NCBI GenBank assembly: GCA_964367355.1 | Contig: CAYIWY010000001.1 | Span: forward strand, 35,307-99,306 | Reading direction: 5' to 3' | Source: an uncultured Gammaproteobacteria bacterium | GTDB taxonomy: Bacteria; Patescibacteriota; Microgenomatia; Woykebacterales; RBG-16-39-9b | Length of the DNA stretch: 64,000 nucleotides | Shown here: positions 20,387 through 30,938 of the stretch, in pieces | Position numbering within the stretch: the stretch's first letter is position 1 | Layout: every line of letters starts with the position of its first letter | Translations under genes and position numbers: made by a program | Notes under the pieces: generated by a model | Told to the model about the DNA's origin: nothing | Databases searched by the model: none | What the model saw: only the letters and a program-made list of their open reading frames with translations

Positions 20387-21118
20387 ATGCCAGAATTGTC
20401 CGATAGACGCAAAGAACTACTGAAAATAATTATTGACGAATATATCGAAAGCGCCGAACCCGTTGGTAGCGAAACGATTGTCGAGAAGTACAATCTGGGT
20501 GTTTCTCCAGCAACGGTACGAAACGAAATGGTTGCTTTAACTAAGGAAGGGTTTTTGAAGCAACCGCACACTTCAGCCGGCCGTATCCCGACCCCAATGG
20601 GTTTGAAATTCTATATCAGCGGGTTGATGAAGGAAACCTCAATGCCAGTTCGAGACGAGGTTACGATCAAAGAATCACTTTGGGATCAGAGGTTTCAGTT
20701 TCACAAATTGCTTCGCCAAGCCGCCCGCGAACTCTCCTCCCAAACCGGAAATTTAGCCGTTGCCTACAGTGAGGATGGGGATATGTTCTATTCTGGGGCC
20801 GCCAATATTTTGGAAATGCCAGAATTTTATGATATTGATTTAACTAAAGCAGTTTTGGCAATGATTGATAGCCAAGAAACTATTTCTGAGATTTTCGATC
20901 GAGCAGTTGGTGAAGAACCAGTACACATATTGATTGGCGAAGAAATTGGTCAGGCTTATTTAGAATGTTGCGGAGTAGTTTTTGCTCCCTTTGGTTCTGG
21001 TAAAAAAAATGCTGGGGTTATTGGGGTGATTGGTCCTGCAAGAATGCATTTCAACCGAGTGATTCCGACGGTTCGTTACTTTGGTGATCTTTTAACTGAG
21101 CTCTCACGTAGTTACTAA
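20387..21118 (+). CDS. hrcA: heat-inducible repressor HrcA (short form)
   Basis: EPVGS, VSPATVRNEM, QPHTSAGRIPT, GVIGPARM; ATG after GAGGAGG. Confidence 0.95.
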   Translation: MPELSDRRKELLKIIIDEYIESAEPVGSETIVEKYNLGVSPATVRNEMVALTKEGFLKQPHTSAGRIPTPMGLKFYISGLMKETSMPVRDEVTIKESLWDQRFQFHKLLRQAARELSSQTGNLAVAYSEDGDMFYSGAANILEMPEFYDIDLTKAVLAMIDSQETISEIFDRAVGEEPVHILIGEEIGQAYLECCGVVFAPFGSGKKNAGVIGVIGPARMHFNRVIPTVRYFGDLLTELSRSY

Positions 21119-21188
21119 AATTCTGATTTTTGCAGGAATGTAACGACTACTAAAATTCTGATTTTTGCAGGAATGTAACGACTACTAA
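21113..21188. repeat. 35-bp tandem duplication
   Basis: TACTAAAATTCTGATTTTTGCAGGAATGTAACGAC x2 plus TACTAA. Confidence 0.95.
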
Positions 21189-21192
21189 TAGA

Positions 21193-21633
21193 ATGAAAAA
21201 GACAAAAAAAGACACAGATAATAAAACAAGTGAACTCGAAAGCCAGCTCAAAAGAGCTCTTGCTGATTATGCAAATTTACAAAAAAGAACTGAGGAAGAA
21301 AAAAGAGCAGTTGTAAAATTTGGTAACGTAGTTTTGATAGCAAAGTTTTTGGATATACTAGATCACCTTGAGGAGGCACAAAAAACAATTAATTCTGAAG
21401 GTTTGGAACTGGTTATCAAAAAATTTAAAGATACCTTAGATTCTGAAGGAGTAAACGAAATTTCAACTCAAGGGGAAGTTTTTGATCCGGTCAAACATGA
21501 GGGTATTGCAACAGTCGAAGGTAAAAAGAATGGTGAAATTGCACAGGTTTTGCAAAAAGGCTACGAGCTGGATGGAAAAGTCATTAGACCAGCCAGGGTA
21601 CGAGTTACTACAGCTGCTACAGTAAAGGAATAA
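21193..21633 (+). CDS. grpE: nucleotide exchange factor GrpE
   Basis: RALADYANLQKR, FDPVKHE, QKGYELDGKVIRPARV. Confidence 0.95.
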   Translation: MKKTKKDTDNKTSELESQLKRALADYANLQKRTEEEKRAVVKFGNVVLIAKFLDILDHLEEAQKTINSEGLELVIKKFKDTLDSEGVNEISTQGEVFDPVKHEGIATVEGKKNGEIAQVLQKGYELDGKVIRPARVRVTTAATVKE

Positions 21634-21635
21634 TT

Positions 21636-21887
21636 ATGGTTCGGGTACTTTCTTTAATTTGGACATTAGCTCTCTCGATCGGTGTGACTTCGGTGAGTTT
21701 CTTTTATGTCCGGGATGAAATTAAGCATGGTTTTCCTTTCTCGTTTGCGAAAGATACTTTAAATGGAGATGGAACGAGTGGTTTTAACATAAATTATTGG
21801 TCAATCGGTTTTGACATTTTAGTTTGGTGGCTGCTATTTAGTTTACTTTGGATAATTATCAAAAATTATGTTTTGGAGTTGGATTAA
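21636..21887 (+). CDS. small membrane protein
   Basis: two hydrophobic segments, HGFPF motif. Confidence 0.65.
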   Translation: MVRVLSLIWTLALSIGVTSVSFFYVRDEIKHGFPFSFAKDTLNGDGTSGFNINYWSIGFDILVWWLLFSLLWIIIKNYVLELD

Positions 21888-21967
21888 AATATTACTAGTC
21901 TAAAATTATAACGCGCTAAAGCGCGATGTATTTTTTGACAAAAACTTATTTATAGAAGGGGTAATGT

Positions 21968-23899
21968 ATGTCAAAAATTATTGGTATTGATTTAGGAACA
22001 ACAAATAGTGCGATGGCCATTATTGAGGGTGGTCAGCCAAAAGTTATTCACAGCGCTGAAGGGGAAAACACGACTCCATCAGTCGTTGACCCGATTAAAA
22101 GAGTCGTTGGTCGCGTGGCAAAAAGACAAGCTGTTGTTAATCCAAAAACGACAATTTTTTCCGTCAAGCGTTTAATGGGTCACAAATTCAAGGATGAAAC
22201 CGTGCAACGGGATGTTAAATGGCTTCCCTATACAGTCAAGAGTGGTAAAAACGATATGGCAGTAGTTGAAGTCGAAGGTAAGGAGTTTACTCCCCAGGAA
22301 ATTTCCGCCCAAATTTTAGGAAAAATCAAAGCTGATGCCGAAAGTTATTTAGGCGAAAAAGTTACTGATGCAGTTATTACCGTGCCGGCTTACTTTGATG
22401 ATGCGCAGCGTCAAGCCACCAAACAAGCTGGAGAAATTGCCGGTCTTGACGTCAAACGAATCATCAACGAACCGACTGCGGCCGCTCTGGCTTATGGTTT
22501 GGAAAAATCCCAGGGACACACAATTGCCGTTTACGATCTTGGTGGTGGGACTTTTGACGTTTCCATTTTGGAACTTGGTGAAGGTGTTTTTGAAGTAAAA
22601 TCAACAGCTGGTGATACCCATCTTGGCGGCGATGATTTTGATCAAAAAATTATAGATTTCTTGGTTGAAGAATTTAAAAAAGAAAATAGCGTCGATCTGT
22701 CAGCTGATAAACAAGCTATGCAGAGATTGCGTGATAGTGCTGAGAAAGCCAAGATTGAGCTTTCTAGTTCTTTAGAGACGGAAATTAATATTCCTTATAT
22801 TACTGCCGATGCTTCCGGGCCAAAGCACTTACTGGTAAAACTTTCCAGGGCAAAACTTGAAAGCATTGTCACTGATTTAATCGAAAAAACTTTCACCGCG
22901 ACCAAAACTGCGATCAAGGATGCTGGAATAGATGCTTCCAAAGTTGACGAAGTTGTATTAGTTGGTGGTATGACTAGAATGCCGGCAGTGCAAGAAGCAG
23001 TCAAAAAATTCTTCGGCAAAGACCCACACAAAGGCATCAACCCAGACGAAGTGGTGGCGATTGGAGCTGGAATTCAAGGGGCAGTTTTGACTGGAGAAGT
23101 TAAAGATGTCGTCCTTTTGGACGTGACCCCACTCTCTTTGGGAGTCGAAACGCTTGGCGGTGTTAGTACAGTTTTAATTGCTAGAAATACCACAATCCCA
23201 ACAAATAAAGCTGAAACTTTTTCAACCGCTGCTGACAACCAGACTTCGGTTCAAGTTCACGTTCTACAAGGTGAAAGACCGATGGCAGCAGACAACAAAT
23301 CACTCGGACAATTTATTCTTGACGGAGTACCACCCTCCCCGCGTGGTGTACCACAGGTCGAGGTAACTTTCGATATCGATGCTAACGGTATTCTCAATGT
23401 TCACGCCAAGGAGAAAGCCTCTGGTAAAGAACAAAAAATCACCATTACCGGTTCCACTGGTCTTTCCAAAGAAGAAGCCGCCAATATGGCTGCCGAAGCG
23501 GAAAAACACGCCGAGGAAGATGCTAAGAAAAAAGAATTGATCGAAGCTCGAAATATCGCTGACAGCTTGGTTTACACAGCTGAGAAATCAATCAAAGATG
23601 CTGGCGACAAACTTAAAGAAGATGTTAAAAAAGAAGTTGAGGAAAAAGTTGCCGCTGCTAAAGAAGCCATAACTAAAGACAATGCTGACGATATCAAAAA
23701 AACAGCCGACGAACTTGGCCAAGCATTACAAAAGATTGGAAGTGCGATGTACGAGACTCCTCCAGGAGCAGATCCCGAAGGTGCCGGTGTCCAAGAAGAA
23801 ATCCCACCAACTGAAGGTGAGGAAAAAAATCCGCCAGCTGGCGGAGGAGAGGACGGAAAAACTGTTGAAGGTGAAGTGGTTGATGAAGACAAGAAGTAA
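21968..23899 (+). CDS. dnaK: chaperone DnaK
   Basis: [34 protein letters not shown]. Confidence 0.98.
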   Translation: MSKIIGIDLGTTNSAMAIIEGGQPKVIHSAEGENTTPSVVDPIKRVVGRVAKRQAVVNPKTTIFSVKRLMGHKFKDETVQRDVKWLPYTVKSGKNDMAVVEVEGKEFTPQEISAQILGKIKADAESYLGEKVTDAVITVPAYFDDAQRQATKQAGEIAGLDVKRIINEPTAAALAYGLEKSQGHTIAVYDLGGGTFDVSILELGEGVFEVKSTAGDTHLGGDDFDQKIIDFLVEEFKKENSVDLSADKQAMQRLRDSAEKAKIELSSSLETEINIPYITADASGPKHLLVKLSRAKLESIVTDLIEKTFTATKTAIKDAGIDASKVDEVVLVGGMTRMPAVQEAVKKFFGKDPHKGINPDEVVAIGAGIQGAVLTGEVKDVVLLDVTPLSLGVETLGGVSTVLIARNTTIPTNKAETFSTAADNQTSVQVHVLQGERPMAADNKSLGQFILDGVPPSPRGVPQVEVTFDIDANGILNVHAKEKASGKEQKITITGSTGLSKEEAANMAAEAEKHAEEDAKKKELIEARNIADSLVYTAEKSIKDAGDKLKEDVKKEVEEKVAAAKEAITKDNADDIKKTADELGQALQKIGSAMYETPPGADPEGAGVQEEIPPTEGEEKNPPAGGGEDGKTVEGEVVDEDKK

Positions 23900-23979
23900 G
23901 TGGTGTATAATGTATAGTGTATAACGCGCTGATAATTTATTTCAGAGAAACAGGCGCGCGATATTTGTCGAGGACGAAA

Positions 23980-24258
23980 ATGAAAAGAAAACAAATATAC
24001 CTTACTGAAACCTTAGATCGAGAAATTGGAGAATTGGCGAAAAAGGAAAATAAACCACAAGCTGTGGTTATTCGTCAGCTTCTAGAAAACAGTATTCAGA
24101 AAAAATTGAGTAGTGGGGAATTCCTATTGAAGTTGGCTAAATATGCAGTTCCTGGACCAGGTGATCTGTCTACCAACCTCGATCGTTACCTCTATGGAGA
24201 TTTGTCTCCTAATTATGGCCATCTCTACCGAAAAAAGAAAAATTCTAATAGACGCTGA
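23980..24258 (+). CDS. RHH/CopG-type antitoxin
   Basis: MKRKQIYL RHH start and DLSTNLDRYLYG tail; overlaps PIN gene. Confidence 0.8.
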   Translation: MKRKQIYLTETLDREIGELAKKENKPQAVVIRQLLENSIQKKLSSGEFLLKLAKYAVPGPGDLSTNLDRYLYGDLSPNYGHLYRKKKNSNRR

Positions 24259-24676
24259 TGCTTTTATTGGGTTGATCTACGCAAAGGATGCAAACCATCA
24301 ATTTGCAAGTAAAATAGTTGAGTTACTAACAGATGTCCAGCTGATTACTTCAAGTCATGCTTACGGTGAGGCAATTACGATACTCAGCCAAAAAGCTGGT
24401 CGAAATGTAGCATTTAAGTTTATCTACGATATAGGTAGAAGTTCTACCCAAATTATAGATGTTGGTTTTGCCCTGCGATTGGCCGCGGAGAAAATTTTCA
24501 AACGACAAACTTCTAAGAACGTCTCTTTCACCGATTGTGTCAATATGGCGATTCTTGAAAAGTTTGGTTTAAGAGAAATTTTTAGTTTTGATTCAGACTA
24601 CAAGAAGAATGGGTTTGTACGAGTTGGTGTTGATAAAAAGCTTGAAGGGGAGGTGGTTAACGAGGAAAAGAAGTAA
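24215..24676 (+). CDS. PIN-domain (VapC-like) toxin
   Basis: ILIDADAF, DANH, SFTDC, IFSFDSDY. Confidence 0.9.
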   Translation: MAISTEKRKILIDADAFIGLIYAKDANHQFASKIVELLTDVQLITSSHAYGEAITILSQKAGRNVAFKFIYDIGRSSTQIIDVGFALRLAAEKIFKRQTSKNVSFTDCVNMAILEKFGLREIFSFDSDYKKNGFVRVGVDKKLEGEVVNEEKK

Positions 24677-24912
24677 TGAACATTGATGTAAACAAACTAA
24701 GTGCATTTTACGTTGAGCTTTGTGAAAAGCAAAAACCAGAAAAACCTTACTATTGTGAAACACAAGAGCTTAAAGGTTTCGGAACGGTAAGCTCGGGTAC
24801 TATTGTCCATCAACAGACAACGGTTATTGTTGGCACTGTTGGAACTTCGGCCGTCACTATAAATCCTAACTTGTATTATTCCATAGGTACTATAGTAAAG
24901 AATGAGTTATGA
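24676..24912 (+). CDS. hypothetical protein
   Basis: translationally coupled 78 aa ORF. Confidence 0.5.
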   Translation: MNIDVNKLSAFYVELCEKQKPEKPYYCETQELKGFGTVSSGTIVHQQTTVIVGTVGTSAVTINPNLYYSIGTIVKNEL

Positions 24913-25514
24913 AATATGAATTCATTGCTGTAGATATCCAGAATGAGTTTGCCACTGAGGGTGGTCTTCACTATACTCCAAAACCCTCCGTCCGCTTTCT
25001 AAATGAAAATATATTCCCGGTTTTTGAATCCAGAGGGATAAAAATAAACAACATTGTCTCTGATTACCGTCAACCCAGGCCAGGAGACTGGGGTAAAGGT
25101 TGTATTCCAGGAACTTGGGGTTATGAAACTTTGGTCCCAAAAGACTTAATAAAATCTACATGGATAAAGTGCATGAATTCCCCGATTTGGGTTCGGGAAA
25201 ATATTGGCGATCCGAACAAAGAACCAGGACTGCCTTATCAAGATCCAAAAAAATTCCAAGAATGGTTAGATAAAAATATTGGAAAACCGGATGAAGTTAT
25301 CCCAGTTTTAATGGGGTTGACTATTGATTGCTGTGTTCTCTCGACCTTGCAAGAACTGAACTGGCATGGTTATTACCCATTGATTTTAAAAGAAGCAGTT
25401 GACCATGCCACGGGAAAAATTGAAGATAGGGACAAGGTGCTTGAAACCCCAGCTTCTAATTGGGGAAAAGTTATAAGTTGGGAAGAGTTATCCAAGCAAC
25501 TAAACCGACAATGA
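24909..25514 (+). CDS. isochorismatase/cysteine hydrolase family
   Basis: AVDIQNEF, CIPGTWG, GLTIDCCVLST. Confidence 0.85.
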   Translation: MKYEFIAVDIQNEFATEGGLHYTPKPSVRFLNENIFPVFESRGIKINNIVSDYRQPRPGDWGKGCIPGTWGYETLVPKDLIKSTWIKCMNSPIWVRENIGDPNKEPGLPYQDPKKFQEWLDKNIGKPDEVIPVLMGLTIDCCVLSTLQELNWHGYYPLILKEAVDHATGKIEDRDKVLETPASNWGKVISWEELSKQLNRQ

Positions 25515-26068
25515 AAATCTGTGTTTTTGGAGACAGTATTACTTGGGGAGCTTTTGATCTAGAATCCGGTGGTTGGGTTGAGCGACTCAAAGTACATTTT
25601 TTTAATAACAATACCGAAACTTATATTTATAATTGTGGAGTTTCTGGGGACAAGGTAAACGACCTATTAAAAAGATTTGATACCGAAGCAGTTTCACGAA
25701 AACCGGACAAAATTATATTTTCCATTGGAATTAATGACAGTGCAAACAAAGATAACCCAGGTGGAACACCAATAGATGAATTCAAAAGTTCCTATAAAAC
25801 TCTTTTAGATAAAGCAGAAAAACTCACTAAAGATATTTTAGTAGTTGGGCTTAACAATATCGATGAGGCAAGTAACAAATTTGGTTATAGAAACGAAGAA
25901 ATTAAGAAATACAACGATGTAATCAATGAAATTTCCCAAGAAAGAAACCTCAAATTTGCGGACTGTTTTGGAATTTTGACAAAGGAAGATTTTTATACTG
26001 ATGGTGACCATCCAAATTCTAGTGGGCATCAGAAGATTTTTGAAAAAGTTTTACATATCCTCAAATAA
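25511..26068 (+). CDS. SGNH/GDSL hydrolase
   Basis: FGDSIT, NCGVSG, IGIND, DGDHPN. Confidence 0.92.
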   Translation: MKICVFGDSITWGAFDLESGGWVERLKVHFFNNNTETYIYNCGVSGDKVNDLLKRFDTEAVSRKPDKIIFSIGINDSANKDNPGGTPIDEFKSSYKTLLDKAEKLTKDILVVGLNNIDEASNKFGYRNEEIKKYNDVINEISQERNLKFADCFGILTKEDFYTDGDHPNSSGHQKIFEKVLHILK

Positions 26069-26124
26069 ATTGACCCTAGTGGTATAATAAATTCCCATAT
26101 TTTGCGAAGGAAGGAGGTGAATAA

Positions 26125-26502
26125 ATGGTAGAGGTGCAAGTGGCAACTCCAAGTGGAGAACCGGTAGTGGAAGCCTGGTCGCACACTTCGAACGGAGACC
26201 GATTCCGGCCTTGGGTTTCGGAAGATCACTGGGTTTTTAAAGCAGGGGAAGATTGGGAGATAGTTCGTGACGAAGCTTCAGCAGTTGTATTTCGAATTCA
26301 TCCTGGGCATCATCTGATGTTCCCCGGCAGTGAGTTTGTGGCGACTACTGAGGACGGTCGAAAGATCCGCACTCGAGGTACGTTGACCACAGAAGGTGAC
26401 GAACCTGTGGATCTGGTTATGAAGGGCCACCGTATCAAGGCCTACCGTAGTCCGGACCACCGAAACTTTCCACCCCGGCCAATCGACATCGACAACTGGT
26501 AG
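26125..26502 (+). CDS. hypothetical protein
   Basis: AAGGAGGTGA RBS, own TTGACC...TATAAT-like promoter, downstream hairpin/terminator. Confidence 0.7.
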   Translation: MVEVQVATPSGEPVVEAWSHTSNGDRFRPWVSEDHWVFKAGEDWEIVRDEASAVVFRIHPGHHLMFPGSEFVATTEDGRKIRTRGTLTTEGDEPVDLVMKGHRIKAYRSPDHRNFPPRPIDIDNW

Positions 26503-26600
26503 CAGATAGGAAAAACCCACACAAGCCCCGAGGAGAAAAACTTCGGGGCCTTTTCTTTTCCAAAAAATAAAAGGTGAATGTTGCCATCCACCTTTTTGGG

Positions 26601-26876
26601 CTAACTTTCCACACCAACCCTTGCTAGTTCCTGATCAATTACCTCAACCACTTGCTGAATGGTATCTGGGTTTGCTTCGTCAGGAAATTCGAAATCCGGA
26701 TTATTTTTCTTTACCTCTTCTTCGAGACGGTAGAAGAAATAAGCTGTTCCGACAAACGCATCAACCAACCCAAGACTGGACACGGTGGCATTTGGCCCGA
26801 AAATTCGCTCGTTACGTTTACCTGGTTCGATTTCAAGAGCAACCCTCTTGACCAACTCGTAAGTTGTTTCAGCCAT
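26601..26876 (-). CDS. degenerate acyl-carrier-protein-like protein
   Basis: TYELVKRV...PNATVSSLGL...LEEE...FEFPDE...TIQQVVEVI fits ACP helix pattern; no DSL motif. Confidence 0.6.
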   Translation of the reverse strand: MAETTYELVKRVALEIEPGKRNERIFGPNATVSSLGLVDAFVGTAYFFYRLEEEVKKNNPDFEFPDEANPDTIQQVVEVIDQELARVGVES

Positions 26877-26885
26877 CCTCTTCTC

Positions 26886-27488
26886 CTATTTTCCTGTTGG
26901 CACTTTATCCAACTTTTTGTCCACCCGATCAACAACTTGTTGGATAGTGTCTATTTCCATCCAGTCATCTACATCAAGCTCGAAGTCTGGATGGTCAGTC
27001 TGGAAATCTTCTACTAATGCTTCAAAGAAGTCTATCACGCCAAGACCAAGCTTTTTGAGTGTAGATTCTGGTTTTACAGAATTCGGATCTAAGTCTTTCG
27101 TACCCCTAGTTCTCAGAAAGTTCATACGAACACGATTAAAAGTGCTGGACCAAACCCTTCTCTCCCGAGAGAACATAAGAGAAGTGTCTAGGGCTTTGAC
27201 TAAGTCCCCAACCGTTTTAAGTGCGTTATTGGGGTCGAAATCGATCGAGTTGCTGAAAAGATATTCTTCCTTCTTAAAAAGCTGCTGCAACTCTCCGAAA
27301 AAAAGAAAACCAGCCCAGAGTGGTTGTCTGGTGCTACCAAAGATATCAAGTAGCGGTGTCTCTGGATTGATACCCGTTTCGGGAATCGTGATGGCCTTTT
27401 GTTCAACGATAACTCGGAAAACCTTCTGGAAAGTCGTCTCTACTTTCTCTGTCACTTGTCTTTCTCCTTGCTGAACTCTCGAGGACAA
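26886..27488 (-). CDS. tandem degenerate ACP-like domains
   Basis: two ACP-like repeats (INPETPLLD...KTVGDLVKAL; VKPESTLKKLGL...DTIQQVVDRV). Confidence 0.6.
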   Translation of the reverse strand: MSSRVQQGERQVTEKVETTFQKVFRVIVEQKAITIPETGINPETPLLDIFGSTRQPLWAGFLFFGELQQLFKKEEYLFSNSIDFDPNNALKTVGDLVKALDTSLMFSRERRVWSSTFNRVRMNFLRTRGTKDLDPNSVKPESTLKKLGLGVIDFFEALVEDFQTDHPDFELDVDDWMEIDTIQQVVDRVDKKLDKVPTGK

Positions 27489-27556
27489 TATAACACAACT
27501 GAATTAATTAGAAAAATTAAAGGCCTTGTACAAATTTTGTACAAGGCCTTTTGGGT

Positions 27557-27937
27557 TTATCCCGGGACCAATTCTTTTTCTCCGGTCAGGACTAGCTCGA
27601 CGATCTCGTGAGACTTAAGCGCATCCGAGCGTTGATTACACGCTGACTGAGCCCTTGCCTTCGCAACCTGGTCAATTTCTTCGAGGGACCAAGAAGAATC
27701 CATCTCTGTTTCAAACGAAAACTTTCTGCCGGAAACGGTTTCGACGTTAACAACGACTTTGTAATGGTGTTGAGTAACAGCCGGTTGATCCATAACTCTC
27801 CTTTCGGCAACCTCCGGTTCTAGCCGTCTTGTCCGTACCGCTGGTTCGCGGTTGTCGCAAGCAGGGCTACCCCAACCGTTGTCCTCATCTCCTTCACGAC
27901 GTGCAGGTTCTCGATTATCACAAGCGCCCCATCCCAT
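27557..27937 (-). CDS. hypothetical protein with N-terminal GWG(SP)ACDNREPA repeat
   Basis: ATG after AAAGGAGAGG; duplicated motif. Confidence 0.65.
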   Translation of the reverse strand: MGWGACDNREPARREGDEDNGWGSPACDNREPAVRTRRLEPEVAERRVMDQPAVTQHHYKVVVNVETVSGRKFSFETEMDSSWSLEEIDQVAKARAQSACNQRSDALKSHEIVELVLTGEKELVPG

Positions 27938-28068
27938 TAGACCTCTCCTTTCCAATTTCTGCTTGGATTGTAAAGCAAAAAGCTATTTTTGACAAGCAAG
28001 ATTATAATTGTAATTGGTTATAGGTCTTCCTATAATTTATCCAAGGTTGGTTTTGAAAGGAGAGAAAA

Positions 28069-28338
28069 GTGGTAGATGAAAAAGCACCTCTAGACCTGGG
28101 TCGTTTGACCAAAATGGCGGAAGATCTGGCAGAAGAGCTTAATGTTGCGGCCGCAAAGTCTACCGATGCAGAGACTAAACTCAGAGCTGGAAGAGCGGAA
28201 ATTTTTTCAAGAGTTTTGATCCTGACTTTGCAAAAAGACGAAAGAGAGGCAGCTCGTTACGCCGCTGGTTTCGTTGGAGACACCTTGAACAATGTTCTTG
28301 GCGTCTTTGGATTCGAAATAAAGCGAAAGGACAAGTAG
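28069..28338 (+). CDS. hypothetical protein
   Basis: GTG after AAGGAGAG; TTGACA...TAATTG promoter-like region; hairpin after stop. Confidence 0.65.
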   Translation: MVDEKAPLDLGRLTKMAEDLAEELNVAAAKSTDAETKLRAGRAEIFSRVLILTLQKDEREAARYAAGFVGDTLNNVLGVFGFEIKRKDK

Positions 28339-28396
28339 TCATCGTTAAACCCCGGAAAATTTTTCGGGGTTTTCACTTTTCTGTTACTATATTGAA

Positions 28397-28978
28397 GTGA
28401 TAAAAGCAATTATTTTTGATTTCTTTGGGGTGATTTGCCCGGATCTTTATTGGGGATGGTTGAGAAAACAAATTCCGGATCTTGAAAACCAGAGAGGCTA
28501 TTTTCAGGAACTTTCCGACCAGTTTGATTTGGGAAAACTCTCCACAACAGCGCTTATCAGAATTCTTTCCGAAAAAACTTCTGTTAAAGAAGAAAAGGTT
28601 ATTCCTTTTATCGAACAATCGGTTCAGATCGACACTGAAGTAGTCGAAGTAATTAAGTCGTTAAAAAGAAACTACAAAATCGGTTTATTGTCCAATTCTA
28701 ATACTGAATTTATTGAAGGTATTTTGAAAGATCATAATTTGAACGACCTTTTTGACTCGATTGTTATTTCCCAGAAGGTTGGTTTTATAAAACCCCAAAG
28801 AGAAATTTTCGAAATAGCACTTAAAGAACTAAATGTCGAAGCAAGTGAGGTTTTGTTCGTCGATGATCGCGAGAGTAACACTTCGGCCGGCGAAAAACTT
28901 GGTATCAGAGGAATTCTTTATCGAGGTGCCAATACTTTAAAAGAAGAATTAAAACATCAAGAAATCTTAGTTAATTAA
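28397..28978 (+). CDS. HAD-family phosphatase
   Basis: IIFDFFGV, LLSNS, KPQREIF, FVDDRESN. Confidence 0.92.
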   Translation: MIKAIIFDFFGVICPDLYWGWLRKQIPDLENQRGYFQELSDQFDLGKLSTTALIRILSEKTSVKEEKVIPFIEQSVQIDTEVVEVIKSLKRNYKIGLLSNSNTEFIEGILKDHNLNDLFDSIVISQKVGFIKPQREIFEIALKELNVEASEVLFVDDRESNTSAGEKLGIRGILYRGANTLKEELKHQEILVN

Positions 28979-29182
28979 GGCCATCAGTTGAAATATAAAA
29001 TGAAAACCCTTGGAAAACAAAAAGTTCAAAAGTTGTCTACGAAAATTAAATTTTAATTCCAATCTTTTGAGATGAAGTTTATTTTACAGTAAATACTCAG
29101 TTTTGATAGCTACATACAGAAAAAGCTAGACTTTTTTTGGATTTTGTTGTCTAATAGGATTCTATAGGAGGGTCTCTTTACT

Positions 29183-29434
29183 ATGTTTAAACGCTTAAGT
29201 GTCACCACTGCTTTATATTTTGCCTTAGTTTTCTTTGTTGCATCAAGCAGATCATCCCATGCTTACCTGGATCCCGGAAGTGGAAGTTTTGCTTTGCAAT
29301 TTCTACTTGCTGGAGGTTTAGGAGCATTATTCTTTGTTCGCTCTTACTTTTCAAAAGTAAAGAATTTCTTTTTTAGTATTTTTGCCAAGAAAAAAACGGA
29401 CACTGCCCCTACCAAGGGGAAGAATGGCAAGTAG
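29183..29434 (+). CDS. small membrane protein (AYLDPGSGS family)
   Basis: signal-like segment followed by AYLDPGSGSFALQ and TM. Confidence 0.75.
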   Translation: MFKRLSVTTALYFALVFFVASSRSSHAYLDPGSGSFALQFLLAGGLGALFFVRSYFSKVKNFFFSIFAKKKTDTAPTKGKNGK

Positions 29435-30800
29435 ACACCCGGCCTCTTTTCGTGATCCAAGTGGTTTTATATTTCACTCCAAGATTGGACTACTTCGCCA
29501 AATAAACGCTTCTTACCAGAAAAACTACGAAAAACTTATTAGTAGTGGTTTATTCCAAAAATTAGTTACAGAAGGTTTGTTGGTGGATCACAAAGAAGTT
29601 GATCTCAAGCAGTTCTCCCAAAGTAGTGAAGCTTACAAAATTATCCAGCCACAAAAAATTGATTTTATTTCGTATCTCTATGAGTGGAGTTTTGGGCAGT
29701 TGCAAGATGCAGCTCTTCTGACCCTAAAAATCCAAAAAATCGCTTTGGAATTTGGAATGAGTTTAAAAGATGCTAGTGCTTACAACATTCAATTTTTTCA
29801 AGGCAAGCCGATTCTTATCGACACCCTGTCTTTTGAAATTCACAAAACTGATCAACCTTGGGTGGCTTATCGTCAGTTTTGTCAACATTTTTTGGCCCCA
29901 CTGGTTTTAATGTCTTATCTTGACCCGAGACTTTTAAGATTAAATCAGCTTTTTATTGACGGAATACCGTTAGATTTGGCAGCCAAACTTTTGCCTTTTA
30001 AATCAAAACTCAATTTCAATTTATTTCTACACTTACATTTACACGCCTCAAGTCAGAAAAAACATTCCGTCAAAAACAGAAAAATCATAAGAAAAGCTAG
30101 TTTTAGCATGAATTCTTTTATGGGTTTGATCACAAGTTTGGAAAGTAGCATCAAAGGCTTGAAATGGCAACCAAAAGGAACAGAATGGGCGGATTATTAT
30201 GAAGCTAACAATAATTATGAAAAAGCATTGAGTCAAAAAGAAAAGCTGGTTGATGAGTTTTTGAAAGTAGCCAAACCGACTTCAGTCTGGGATTTGGGAG
30301 CTAACACTGGACTTTTTAGCAGATTATCAGCTGACAAAAAAATTTCAACAATATCATTTGATATCGATTTAGAGGCAGTTGAGCTAAATTACAAAGCCGT
30401 TAAGGAACAAGAAGAAAAATTTTTACTGCCGCTTTTTTTGGATTTGACCAACCCTCCTCCAGCCATTGGTTGGAAAAATCAAGAAAGAGAGTCGCTAGTT
30501 GAGCGTGGGCCAGTCGATACAGTCCTTGCTTTAGCTTTGGTTCACCATCTAGTGATCTCAAACAACTTGCCTCTTGAAGAACTGCGTGATTTTTTTGCCA
30601 GTATTTGTTCAAAATTAATTATCGAATTTGTTCCCAAGAGTGATTCACAAGTTAAAAAACTTCTTTCAACCAGAGAGGATATTTTTCAGAATTACGAGCA
30701 AAAAAGTTTTGAAAATATTTTCCGCGAAAAATTCAAAATAGCTAAATCTAGATTAATCCCGAAAACAAAAAGAACACTTTATTTGATGATAAAAATTTAA
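29424..30800 (+). CDS. NoeA-like SAM-dependent methyltransferase
   Basis: SFRDPSG, YEWSF, LKDASAYNIQF, WDLGANTG, LALVHHL, IIEFVP. Confidence 0.85.
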   Translation: MASRHPASFRDPSGFIFHSKIGLLRQINASYQKNYEKLISSGLFQKLVTEGLLVDHKEVDLKQFSQSSEAYKIIQPQKIDFISYLYEWSFGQLQDAALLTLKIQKIALEFGMSLKDASAYNIQFFQGKPILIDTLSFEIHKTDQPWVAYRQFCQHFLAPLVLMSYLDPRLLRLNQLFIDGIPLDLAAKLLPFKSKLNFNLFLHLHLHASSQKKHSVKNRKIIRKASFSMNSFMGLITSLESSIKGLKWQPKGTEWADYYEANNNYEKALSQKEKLVDEFLKVAKPTSVWDLGANTGLFSRLSADKKISTISFDIDLEAVELNYKAVKEQEEKFLLPLFLDLTNPPPAIGWKNQERESLVERGPVDTVLALALVHHLVISNNLPLEELRDFFASICSKLIIEFVPKSDSQVKKLLSTREDIFQNYEQKSFENIFREKFKIAKSRLIPKTKRTLYLMIKI

Positions 30801-30938
30801 CTTTTTAAAAGTTAGTCAGGGAATTTCTCAAATGAACCTCCGAGGGTTAAAACCATTGGTTTCATCTGAGAAGCTTCGTTTTTGATGACAAAAATAAAAA
30901 AGGGTGATAAGGAGAAATTCCCCATCACCCCTACGAGA

